Shown: piece after piece, positions 1 through 13,400 of the stretch | Numbering within the stretch: the stretch's first letter is position 1 | Layout of the letters: every line of letters begins with the position of its first letter | NCBI GenBank assembly: GCA_021498095.1 | Contig: JAIZWK010000001.1 | Location: 960,001 to 992,000 of the forward strand | From: Candidatus Harpocratesius repetitus | GTDB taxonomy: Archaea; Asgardarchaeota; Lokiarchaeia; Sigyniarchaeales; Promethearchaeaceae | Direction of reading: 5' to 3' | Length of the DNA: 32,000 nucleotides | Notes under the pieces: model-generated | What the model was told of the DNA's origin: nothing | Database searches by the model: none | The model's input: the letters and a program-made list of their open reading frames with translations, nothing else | Translations under genes and position numbers: made by a program

Positions 1-1
1 T

Positions 2-1480
2 TTTCATGAATGAAGTTAATGAAATCATTGACGAAAGACTCATTAAGTTCACTTGGTGTCCACCTGAACTCCATAAATATTTATTAAAATCTTCTTTAAT
101 CATTTCGTGGATTAATAAGATTTTATCTGCCCACTTATTTATATAATTTTTAATATTATTTGCGCGGAAAAATGTTGTTGGATTTATATTATCAATCCAA
201 TTATTTCTAATTATAATTGGAAAATTCTCTTCAATGAATTTGAATTTATTTCTCAAAGATTTAATATAATTCAAAGCTGATGGTGAATAATCTAATAAAT
301 CATCAAAAAAAGAAATAACACTTTTATATTTTCCGACATGTAAATTAAGAAATTGTTTTACTTCTTTTGCAGGGTAAGTACAAATGAATTCTAAATTAGA
401 TAATTTAAGATCTAATGAATATGGTTCTTGCAACCATTGAATAATCGGTTCACCTGTCTTTGTTTTTATTTCTTGATTTAAAATATTATTTAAGAATTCA
501 TCAGTCGGAATAATAAATGACTTAGATAAATCTTTGTTTATTCGAAAGATATATTTCATCACTTTTGGGATCATATCAGAATAATGTTTGTCAGTACGCT
601 TTCCCTTTAATAGTGAATCTAGAGCCCAAATATATCTAGTTGACACACCTCTTTTTTCTGTGGTGAATCCTATCGATAAACCATAAATTAAATTTACAAA
701 TGTAATTAGTAGTTCTTTTTGAAATTTACTGAAAATTTTTGAATTTGTTTTTGAATAAGCAAGTTTCTTAAATATTGCTAAGTCGTTATGAAAATCTTTT
801 AAAGCTAAATGAACACTTTCACTAGAATCTCTAAAAATTATTAATTTTTCTTTTTTAATTTTAAAAGTTGAAATAGGATAAAAGAATATCTCATCTTCAA
901 CAATTTTTATTGGAATAAGGTTGTTTTCATTTTGATAGGTAATATGTCCAACTCCTTTTTTAGAAACTTCATAATCCTTTAAGTATTTAATAACCATTGT
1001 TTCAGGATTTAAATTTTTATACATACTTAATAGATTTGGGTTGTATATTATATATTTGAGAACAATTGCGTCACGAAGAGTCATTCCGTTAGCTTTTTTT
1101 GGAAATAATTTCGAATTTCCACAAAGAGAAGAATCAATTTTTGGATTTTTTTTTAATTCAAGATATGGGTATCTAATTTCAGTATTATCGCGAATTGTCT
1201 TTATCATATCTTTTACTTTCGGCTCTAAGCGCGTTGAAAGTTTCTTTCTATAGAATTGAAATTTATTTTTAAAATTTTTTATATTAATAAGAAAATTAGG
1301 ATATGCAGACAATTGAATATTATTAATTAATAATTTCCTTTGATCTCTTTCCCAAATCTCCTTTTTAATTTTATATCCAAAATAAAAATGATTCCCTTTT
1401 TCTCCTAATTTTTTAATAGATATTAATGGAATCTTAATTTCTGACATATACTTTTTTGGATTTTTTGCAAAATCCGATAT
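2..1480 (-). other. AT-rich, Lys/Ile/Asn-rich C-terminal region of unknown fold (>=490 aa, continues past the window edge)
   Basis: Sampled 60-nt lines give ~13-30% GC here versus ~35-38% just above 1500. Translation switches from acidic/aromatic to basic. Confidence 0.75.
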
Positions 1481-4400
1481 TTTCGTTTGTTTTCCAGGAT
1501 CAACTACTTCAACTTTGACTACTTCTGAGCGATGTTCAGTCACATATTTCTTGTCAATCCATCGAGCTCCAGTTTCAACATCTAAATCCATTGCTCTTCC
1601 ATCAGCATAAACGCAAATTACTTTACCATACTCAAATGTATAAACCACATCAATCGATCGCCCAGTTCCTTCTCCCACACCAAATAGTGCTTGATAATAT
1701 TTGCTGTCTTGTTGAATTACCGCCTGAAAATTTTCCCCAAACAATGCCATTGCTTCCAAGAGTGCCTTATTTCGTGCCCGAATTGAAAGGTGACAGCTGG
1801 GAAAATTCATAGATGTTAAAGCTTTAGGATTAAATTTATATCCTTGAACCCGCAGTGCTTCCCGTAAGGAAGATCGCATATTGGCTTGAAGAAATTGTGT
1901 GAAAGTACCGAATAATAAAGGCTGCTGCTGTAAAGATTGCGCTAATTGTTTCAAGCCTAAATTGGTGATCATTGTCCGCATTTGCTTGATAACTGCCGTG
2001 CGTTTGGATTTTAAGAGATCATGTGTTTGATATTTGGTTCTCAAAGTACATAAGCTGGAAAAATCTTCTTTTTGCACGAACTGATCTTCCAAAGCGTAGA
2101 ATAGATTGCGCTCTCCCGAAGAAAGATAATCTTCCCCTTTGAAGGCGTTTATTTGTCCTTCCAGAAAGTCTGGAATAATTTCGGCTAAGATATTCCAAAC
2201 TTCACTGTCTCCTAAGCCGAGATGGGATAAACCGCGGGCAATAGCATCCTCCAAAATCATTTCTTGGAATACTTCTTTTCCAAACTGCCATACCCATTGC
2301 GATATGGAAAATTTATTCACCAAATCTCCGCCACTAACCTTTAATACGGCATATTCGCTGAGATATCCCATAGGATTCAGCAGGAAACTCACTCCATTGG
2401 CAATTAGAACCCCTTCCACAACTTGTTGAAGCTGTAGTTTGCGCATATCCTTCAAGATTTCTGGATCTGAAGAGGAAATTTCAGCATATTCGGTCCAATA
2501 AGCCGAAGCCAAACACATTTCGTAATAATCCATCAATCGTTCTAATGGACGGGATATGTTCCATGAAGATGAGATCAAGGGGACGACAATTGGACGACCC
2601 ATAGAATTGAGTTTAAAGCGAAAATCGGTATACATACGACTGTAATTGCCTAAAATATTCCTGATTCGTCCTTTTTCATTTGCATCCATAAAGGCTAAGT
2701 CAGAAGGAGGTGTTCCGATATTCTGCCAGTAATAATTGTAAATTTGGGGATTAATAGTGCTGGTGATGTCAATCGTAGAGAAGTCAGGAGCATCAGGCTC
2801 GGGTCGAGGGACATATCTAAGTTCGGAAAAATCATTAATATTTTGAAGGGAAACAGATGCCCCTACACAATTCCAGAAGCTTTCTAAATTACTGTAATAG
2901 GATGTGTTATAGTAATAAGGTGAAAAATAGAAATCGCGATATTTCCACGGTTTTGAGGTGTTTGTGAGGGGATCAAAGGTGGAATAATTCCAAGCAGCTT
3001 GCAGTAGATCTTGATAGAGGTTTTCTAAATGATTGTAGACAGTTGCATTATCCATGAAGAAGTGGGAATCTTTCGTAATTCCAACTATTTCATATTCATC
3101 ATATGTGCTATCATTACAAGCGATATAATTACGCCACCAGCGGTATTGAGCCAAACGTAATGAGAAGATAAATTCATATTCTAATAAATCGACCGAATTA
3201 TATCTATTAAAAATCATTTCAGGAAGTCCTATTTTCACCTCTTGGATGGAAAGAGATGGTTCGGAATCTTCTGTAGTTCCACCTATATCCCGCCACTCTG
3301 TTAAACTCCACCATAAAGAGGTATCAAAAATCGGGAGACTGGTTTCGACTACCCTTACTTGCATTACACGGGAGGAGAGAAATGGAACTAAATCTTGAAC
3401 AAATGCTTGAGTGGCATCTTGGAAGGTGTAAGGATCTTCTTCAATATCACCTAAATAATTCGGTTTCTGCAAGCCGTAATATCCATATTCTATCCAATGA
3501 TCAAGTATTTTTTCACGAAGATAATATTGATATAAGTAATTTAAGCCAAAATACATAGCAAAAGATATTCCACTTGCCGCGGGTTCAGGTAGAATAAAAG
3601 ATAATCCGGCTGTCATTAACACGTTTACTCCCATGAGAACATTATTTACCACTCGATCTAACTGATAACTCACAGAAAACATCGTAGGTGTACCGTGATG
3701 TAGTGAATCCATTCTTGCCTCATGGTCTTTTAAAGCATCATACCAAGCCATTCCATATATTTGTTCAAATCCGTCAACACCACTCAACCAATATGAAGGG
3801 AAGAAATAATCACCCGAACTGAGATAATCATCAACACCAAGATGAAGATAATGATTGTCTTCAGATTTTACGTAATAACCAATAGAATAATTTTCCGCAA
3901 ACGATTTCTCAGTAAAAATGAAACCTACATTAAATCGATTAGATCCATCCGGATCGGTCCAGTAAATCACTCCATGAGGATCGGTCAGAAGTGTATCTTG
4001 CAAGATTTGATGATTTTCACTGAAACCAACCCTGGGATCAACCATAACCTCAACATCATACTGCGGAATTACCTCTGTAGTTATGACCGTTCGATTTAAA
4101 ATATAAGGAGTACTGGAGTTAAAGTAGATAGAACCAAATTCATTGGTAATAAATTTATCCGGTCCGGAGATCATAAACGAACAATTTTCTGCCAAGCGAT
4201 TTCCCCGCTCAATCTTACCATCCCGTATTATGGTATAGGAATCATATACCCAGTAGGGATCCGCCGATTGATCTAAATCTAATCCTGCATTATCAAATCG
4301 ATCTTCACGGACAGCGATTGATTCAAAATTACCATCTCCATCTAAATCAAACGATTCAATTAATGTGGGGATTGTTTCCATCTCTGTGACAGGGATTAGT

Positions 4401-7400
4401 GAAGGACCTTCTTGGGATTGTGAAGCCGAATAAAGATCCATCTGAATGTTATAAGCAGTTTTCATTCCTGAAAAAATCGAATATAAGTGATCTCGATTGG
4501 TGAAAAACGCTTTAAACTCAGGTACCGGATCTGATACCAACCGCATCATTTGGCGTGTTTTTTTATCGAATACTCCATCACCGGTAAAATCTTGACTAAC
4601 CTCAATATATTCCTGCTCTTCATACTGCACAAAATAATGCCCAGTATCTCCCCCGTATAAATTATGGTTAAGTCCGTAGAGATTTGGGTCAGTAATCTGT
4701 GAAATAGATTCCGTGCTGTCAAATAAGACTTCATAGTCCCATTCTCCATCGCACCCAAAATCATAACGGAGATAATCCTTAACATTATTGGTAAAGTTTC
4801 CCACACCTTCTCCATCAAGAGCTAACACAGTAAGCTCATATCCATCATTCATGTCGTAATTCAGATCATATGTAGTTTGCTTCATCCAAGGAATTGTATA
4901 GGTAATGCAGCCCTCATTAATTGGTTCCCATTGAATTGGATGAACATTCCGATACCAAGCGGTCATTGTACGAGTATTTTCACGCTGTTGGGGATCAAAA
5001 TTATAACTGAAAATGGCTTGAATATCGGTTTCATATGCATCATCGGTTGTAGAATTTGGAACGGCGTAAACCGCCAAATTACTGAAGTATAGGGGTTGAT
5101 CTGCTTCATCTTGGTCCCATAATCGGGTTCCATAGAGAGCAATAGAATCAATGGAAATGGTGTCATTCGCCACTTGAAGATCAACAGTTTTAGTTTGCAT
5201 TCCTAAAGGTCCTGTAAAAACTGTCGGAAAAAGATCGAAGTGTTGGGTGACGCCATTGTTGTATGTTAATTCGAGGGCAGCTATAGAACGTTCTGTATAA
5301 AATGCCATTCCTTCAAACCCAATCCCTGTATGATTTGATGTCATAATTGAGTTGTTAAATTCGATTCCTACTGAAATGCCCACTAACCGATTACCGATAC
5401 CTGCAGATTGCAAATCTTCCCTTACTGTATTCATAATTTGAAGATTATTTTTGTTTTGAGACCAATAATGATGTGTACCGTCTGCATAATCGAAAGAAAG
5501 GGTAATGGAAAGGAAATCTTCTCCAGGAAGTACATATAAGGGAATTTCTAAATAACGATATATAACCGGGTTAAAGGACTCAAGATAAAGATCGCAAAGA
5601 TCCAGAGAAAAGTTATAATTCGGACTAATATCTCCTTCAATCGAAATGACATTCTCATCATTCAAGATGTCCCTTTTCCAATTATACGTATCAAAAGAAA
5701 GCATGGATTTATGATCACCTAATGAATCCACCGACCAATTTAAATTAGGAGCAGGAATGGTAACATGTGATTCATCAATTAAAGCATGAAGATCATTCAT
5801 CGTGTTATCTAAATTAATATCATCAATTAGAGGATGGGTGTATTTATCATCCCAGTACATTACTGTATCTAAATTCGAGCGATAAAGATGGAGATAATCA
5901 ATCGACAATACGTTTTTAGTTTGATGGATTCTATAGTGCACATTAGGATTCTTTGCACTAAAGGCAATTCTCACTCCTTTAAATCCTACGTATTTTCCGT
6001 TAGATGTAATTAAGAAGCGAGATAAGTCTGATTCAGATAAGACAACTAGATCATCATAAGTTTCATAGGATATTCTATTGGCATAATAAAGATTTCCTTT
6101 CACTGAAGCGACTGTTATCCATGAATCACCATTAAAGAATTGCAGCGAGGCATTATTCCAATATACTGTATTCTTTTTGTCTGCGTTTTCAGGATCCCAC
6201 ATGGAAACAGTGAATTTTGCATCAATATCAATTCTATTAATGCAGTTCATATCAATTGGAGTAAAGGTCATGTCAACTGTGATGGTTGTATTAACATCTC
6301 TTTCTTCCGACCTAAATGTGAAATTCTGAGCCAGATTGTCGTTTTTAACTTTTAATTTTTGAATCAAGTCTGATGTTTCTACAGGTATCATATCTTCTGT
6401 ATTTGAAACTGTTAACCCTGTAATTGGAATTTCTTCAGATATATATGGAATATCGGCCATTTCTTCTAAATTATGACCATCAGCATACCGTGGAGCATTC
6501 CAATCGGTAATGACAAAATCACGGTCATTTGGCCCAAGATTGTAGGAAAGAGCGGCGGAATAGGTGTAATTCAAGGTAGGGTCTTTAGGTAAAATTACAG
6601 GATTCATTAAAGTACTAATACCGTTGGCAGTCGAAGAGAATGAAGCTGAAATTTGTCCCGTAGATAAGGTTTGATTCCATATCGAAGGCATTACCAACAA
6701 GAAGATTTCTCTGGTTTTCAAGGGTGAATCATCAATAACATTATGAAGAACGGCACCTCCGTCATATGGAATACGTTTAACGTCGTAAAGAGAGATAAAG
6801 CCGTGATATATTATAGGCTCGGTAATGGAACTTAAGACTTTGGGATTAATTTTCAGACTGGTTACCCCTTTTCCTACAGAATCTTTAGGAGAAAATTCTC
6901 CAAATGAATCGAAATTATCACCTACTGCATTCCCACAAGCATCGCTTTCGTTATACCACCGCCAAAGGTTTTCTTGTGTGATAGTAGGATAATCCCATCC
7001 GTTTTCTTCATCAAAACCGCTCCAAAAATAAGAATGTTCATCCAGCATGGTCATAATTTCTGAAAGTTTATGCACTCCACTAGTAACGCTGGAAGGATCA
7101 TCAAGTCGGAGATAGTAATCGTTGATGGCCTCATCCCATTCAGAGGGGTTAGAAGTATTGGTTATTCCGAAATCAAAACCGTTTTCTATAAAATAATGTA
7201 AAAAGGAGCGACCAAAGACTCTTTCTCGTAAATCATCAGAATAAGCGGTTGGAATGGAGATAATATTTGTATCACCGGTAATGTGTCCGCGTTTTAAAAT
7301 GATGGGTGTAATAGAAGTCCGATCGCTATCAACGACAGTGATATTCCAACGCAAAAAGACCTGCTTACTCCATAAAGATTGGGCAAATACATGGGAAAGA

Positions 7401-10400
7401 TCAACGAACCATCCTTTTATATTCGATCCCGTGACACGATCTGATGCATCAATGGTATAGTTCAACCATTCAAAGTTATCATCATTATCCACCTCAACAG
7501 CATATAGTTGAATATCAACTTGCAAATTGGAAGGATCCCATGAATCAGTTTCAGGAATATAAATCTGCCAATCGATCTGTCCGTTATATGGGAGAAAGAT
7601 TGCAGGTGGAGTGAAGAGCAGTGATTCATTATACCGCAAGCCTAAATACATGGCATCTTCCAAAGTATAATTTCCAGTGTTTGTGTAATTATAAAAGGCG
7701 GCGGTGCGAAATCCATGCAAAGGATTAGCATTATCACTATAGAATTGATAACCTTCCAGAATTTGCGTTGTTAAAGGTAGAGAGAAGGCTTGTGAGATAT
7801 TCCAATGATGCTGTTCAACTGTGAAAAGATGAGGAAAGTTGAATGTGGCATTAAATGTTGCATTTTCGTATAGACGCCAGTTGAACATAGAAGAACTGGA
7901 GTGAATAAGGAAATTTAAATTATCAGAATGAATGTCTACATTAATTAAATCATTAACATTATCAGCACCAATTGAAGCACTAAATTGGGGAACTGCACTT
8001 TGAATTGAGCCGTTTAGATACATCCAATCTGAAGGATCGTGATTACTATTAATTTGTTCTAAAGCTGTTCCTAATTCTTTACCGAAATACCATACATTAT
8101 TGTGATCATAATCATTCGATTCTGTGAGGGTTAAATTACAAATGGTAATGTTGTAATTGGCAAAAGGTCGGTATTCTTCCCAAGTTTGATTGATTAAACT
8201 TTCATAATAATCAGATTCATAAAAAGCGGTCCAATTTTGATCCCCACTAGCATTAAAGATATTAAAATGCTGTGTTTCATTAAGATTCCATTCAGGGTCC
8301 ATATCGAACTGATAATGAAAACTAATGTTAGTATTGATTCCATCCATCCACCTAAATTCATATTCAAAGGGTATTGATTCATTCCAAGCTGAAGCATTAT
8401 TAATTTCAAAGGAGACTTGGGTGGGACGATTATTAACCCACAATTCTAATGTAATACTATCAGTAAAGTTGTAATTTTCATTAATGAAAGCATCACTGGA
8501 TACAACAAGATCTCCCGATAAAACGGGATAATTGTAATTGTAATATCCTTTACTGATATCTCCAGTAGCATTGACCAAATAGGCATTGCTGTATCCTTCG
8601 GAATCATGAGCCAGATCATTTAAGGTATAAAGATGGGTCACTGAATCTAAAGTATATGTCTCGGCTCCTTCTACTGTTAAACCTGTATCGACACTCCTAT
8701 AAGTGGCATTATAATAGCGGGATATCACCGAGACTAATTGATAATTCAAAGAATAATATCCAGGTAATAAACGATCTAATTGTGGACCTGCTGTTTCTGG
8801 AGTATAGACAAATTCTGCAATTCCTTGGCTATCAGTTTGGAGTATATAAGGGACATATCCCGTTCCATTCCAATAGCCGTCAATAATTTTCTCAGTTTGA
8901 TCAGAATCATACAGATCACACTGGATTAAAATTTGACTAGAAGCATCCAATCCAAAACGGCTTAAGAAATTATTAGCATCTAAATCTTCTGCAATTCCTT
9001 CTCCTGCTTCGGTATCCGTTTCAGCCACTGCGGCAAAAACGGAGAAATTGGCTGTTGTTACGGGCATATTCGCCGTTACCAATGTAAGATCTTCTGGTTC
9101 TATTAGTAGAATTCCTTCGATAGCAGTAGAGAGATAGCATGGATCAGCATATATTCCATCTGCATAATTAGAACTTTGAAGAATGGGAACTGCATCATCT
9201 GAATCATATATGTATTTTTCGTGATCAAACAATTCTGTTTCGTAAAGTTCTCCTTGATATTGGAAAGCGGGAATCTTCATATCATCAGCATTCCATTGAT
9301 CTGCATAGAAGATTCTAACATACAGCGGTACAGATGATACTGAATCAACAGGGATGTGGGTGATTTTCTCATACAGATCACAAATATCATATAATACATC
9401 TCCCTCAATCTCGAAATGGGCAATACCCTCAGCATTCGTCTCAGATACATCGTAATACAATGGAGCGGTCCACTTATACGTCTGTGTATCTTCTTCAAAG
9501 AAAGGATACAAAATTGGTCGATCCACCAACCCTTGAGTATAATGATGGAGCTGCAAATTGGCTGGTGGTTGTATATCTTGGTAATAAAGATATTCTCCAA
9601 AGCACGAACCCAAATCTGAAGTGAAATTATCCCTCCACGGCCATTCAGGAACGATGGATAAGGAAAGCCAGACGGGTAATTCTGGTGCATTATATCCTAA
9701 GATTTCATCTGTCATGCGTACGTCGATAGGAATATTATCGGAATATTGTACGGTCAAATTCAGTAAATTACCTGGTGAGATCCATGTATCAGCAAATTGG
9801 GAGCGGGCATTCATAGTAATTTCTCGAGGTTCAATCTGCAAAGTAAAAGAATGCGCTGTAGGGAAATAATGAGAATTTCCGCTAAAATAGGTTCTCATTA
9901 AGTATTGACCTGGAATTAGATCAAATGTGCTTCCAAAGGTTGAATCAAAGTAGAATTGGAATAAATTATTTGTAATTAACTCGCATGTTTGGATTGTTTT
10001 CCACATTTGATTATCCCAAATTTGAAGTTGAATAACATTGGAACTGAGATTCAAAGTCCGATTATACACCCAATTATTTCCTTCGTTAATATAGAAAGGA
10101 GTTTCATTATATTCGGGAATTCTTTCTAATACCAAATCCACCCCTCCTGCAATAAAAGAATCCGCTGTATTAAATGGAACAGGAAGGGTTAATGGATCTT
10201 GATCAGTTAAATAATAGATAGAAGCATTGTGCCGCTGTAATATAAAGGATAAATCAATAATGTCTGAAGTAGGGACAAAAAAGGCATTACCTGAATATTT
10301 AACCCGAAAATCTGTATATTCATCAGATCTACCGTATAAGATAAAAGTATATGGAGTTTCCATGTGTTCAGAAACAGCTATGCCCAAAATTACTTCTTCA

Positions 10401-13400
10401 TTCCCATGATTAGCCACTATTTGGAAGGAATCTAAAGTATCAATGAACACTTCTTCAGGGATGGCCGGGGAAAAGTGAAAATTCGTCATATTTACATACG
10501 TTCCTGTTATAAAATCAGAGACATCAAAGGTGCAGTCTGTCAAGTTCACAGAAATCGGATTGATTTTGAGAGTAGCCGTATTGAAACATGAATGAAAATC
10601 ACCAGAATGAATTGAAATATCAAGATTAAGATGATATATGCGATTATCTATCCCTTGAGGGAGTGTTTCATAAAAAGTGGTGGCGTTATTGAGAAAATCA
10701 ACGAATTTTATTGAAGTAATTCCGAAAAAGTAATTTGCATAAGTCGGGTTTAATACTTCAAAATGGGGCATAATAGTATTTGGAACGGCTCGAATAGAGA
10801 TTTTCTCGGTTAAATTCAAAATGTAATTCGGATTAAATGCCGCAATTTTAACAAATGGAACAAAAAGTTTCAGCTTCCGTAATAACATATCATTATAAAG
10901 ATATAGGCTGGGAGATTTCGTAATTAAAGACACAATATCTTGAGTATCAAAGGTATACACTGCAGTTTCAGTAACATTTCCAGTTGTATATGAAAATTCC
11001 ATTACAAAACTTTTAAAAATGCTTCCAAGATCGGGTAACCAATTATCAGGAATCACAATATTGGCTGATATACCTTCAAATGAAGCATTTATCCATTCAA
11101 CATTTGAAAAGGTGAAACCTATTGTATCTAACGCAGCTAACCCTCCATAGTAAAACTCCATTGAAGTTGAAATATCAAGATTAGGATCATAAAGATTTCC
11201 TTCAGAAAAGTCAATATTTGATATTGAAGTAATACTTACATTAGATAGATTTCTCAGATCTTGCGAATATAAGAAGGCGGAATCTATTGGTATGGAGAAT
11301 GATCCATTATTTCCTGTTTTTACTGTTTGATAGTTTAAATTATCAAATTGAATATTTACTAAAGAATTGGAAGGTAATGGTTGATCGTACTCATCAAAAA
11401 TATTACCGGTAATGAAATCTGCATAATGAACTTCAAGATTCTCCGATGAATTATAAATCACATGATAATTTTGATTAATTCGGAGAGATTTGCTGGTGAT
11501 TAATTCTTCATTTCCTGCTTTATCTTGCGCCCAGAATTTTAAAACCAAATTGGAAGAAGAAATCATCGGGATTTCTTGAAGTAAATTCCAAAGGTCAAAT
11601 CTAATTTCTTGAGAAGGATTAGCAATCTCTGTTGAAAGAAGAATTACATTTGATTCATCCCATAGTTGTAAGTTGAATGAACTTATTGTATTTTCATCAT
11701 TCAAACTAAAAATCAAAGGAGTTTGAGCGGAAAGATCAATAAATATTCCATAATCATGACTATAAGTTGAATTTTGTATCCAATTCGAAATTGGTGCAGT
11801 TCGATCTATAATAATGGATTGAAAGCATTCTCCTGTATTGCCATCGGAATCTTCAAGTGCTGCACGAAGTGTGACTAATCCTTCAGGCATTCCAACAGAA
11901 TATGAATCGATGCTTGCAGTATAGTGATTATCACCTGTAGAAAGAGTATCTGTTAATACAGGATAGAACGTGACATTGTCTTGAGTCCATTCAATAGTTA
12001 TTGAAGATAAATCAGTTGAATAATCCACAATATTAATAGCGAATAAATCTCCGTATTCTGGTACTTGATTATAGGGAATATTGTAGAATTCGGGATGGGG
12101 TTTGCTGATATCTAGTGATCCAAGCATATATTTCTCGCAGATAGTGGTATTCGTAATGTTGTTGATCATTCTCAGTCGAAGATTTACGATTGCTTCATTC
12201 GGCTGCATTACCATCACACTTCCATCGTCAAAAGCAAGATCTTCCCGACCGTTACCATCAAGATCTCCGAGAGCCAAATTATCAACAGGATCTTCCCGCA
12301 AACGTTCCATTTCTCGATGATATGTGACTGCGGTGGCGGTTACAAAATTATCTTGAATGCATGAATGGGTTAAAACGATGGGCTCTTTGCGCATATTGAT
12401 CATGTAAAATGCGGTTCTTATATAGCCCGTGATTACCATATCCCCATCCGATGAGTGAACATATTCCCCAATCTGATTGGAAGAGAATAGGTTAGCACTG
12501 ATATCAATTGAATATATCAAATAGCGGTCCAAACCATTTTCCGAAAGAACAGACTTCAGCATTGGTTTCACGGCAAATTTTACAGGCATACTGCTGTATT
12601 GGTTGTCGAGATACAATTCTACTTTTGGTTCAACTGGAATCACTAAACGAGGATCGCTGATATTAATCGCTGAACCAAACCCTAAAAGACTTGCATTAAC
12701 AATCAGATCGAACTGACCATGAATGTTGATGGTATCCCACTCACTAAGATCAAAATCGTAACTATTTCCCAACACAATCTCGAAAGCATGATGGTCTTCA
12801 TCGTAATTTGCAATTTGGGTAAAAATTGGTGTGTCTGATTCAGATCGACACCGAATCGCTTCTATATAAAGTGTATCGAAATCAATTAATATTAAATTGG
12901 CTAAATTGGTACCCGCTATAGATGATAATTCAGCAAGATAATTGTTGTGATCGATGATCAACCTCATTGTGAATTGATATACTCCTGGAGCGGATTGATT
13001 ATCTTCACCAAAATTCTGCCAATTGTCTGTTGAAAAGTAGTATTCCAGATTGACCATATTATTAAAATAATTGAGGGGATTAGTGATGGACATATCATGC
13101 CATACTCCTTGATGATCCCGAATTTGTAAATAGGTTTGTTGATTGTTAGTATTCCACCAATCTATTTGAGGAACATCACGTGTATTAAAGGCATTTATTC
13201 CAGAATAATAATTAGTTGAATGCGTTATTGAATCCCAGATATAATCTCTTAGAATTCCATTTAAATTATATTTAAGAAATTCTAATTCCGAAAATGTAAT
13301 ATTCAAAGCATTTGTATCAAGATCGATTGTAAATTCCTGCACAAATTTCGATTCTGAATTTTCATTTTGATTACCAAAATCTATCTGAACTGTGCTGGTT

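Noticed and set aside
1560-1620. Possible HINT/intein autoprocessing domain at ICVYADG...
   Set aside because: Lacks the C-x-x-x-G/D-T N-terminal block, the TxxH motif and a terminal HN. No intein seen elsewhere in the translation.
3900-8400. Possible RHS/YD-repeat shell before the C-terminal tip
   Set aside because: No regular YD-x-x-GR repeats or DPxG core terminus. TDPHG and TDPDG near 3950-3990 are isolated.
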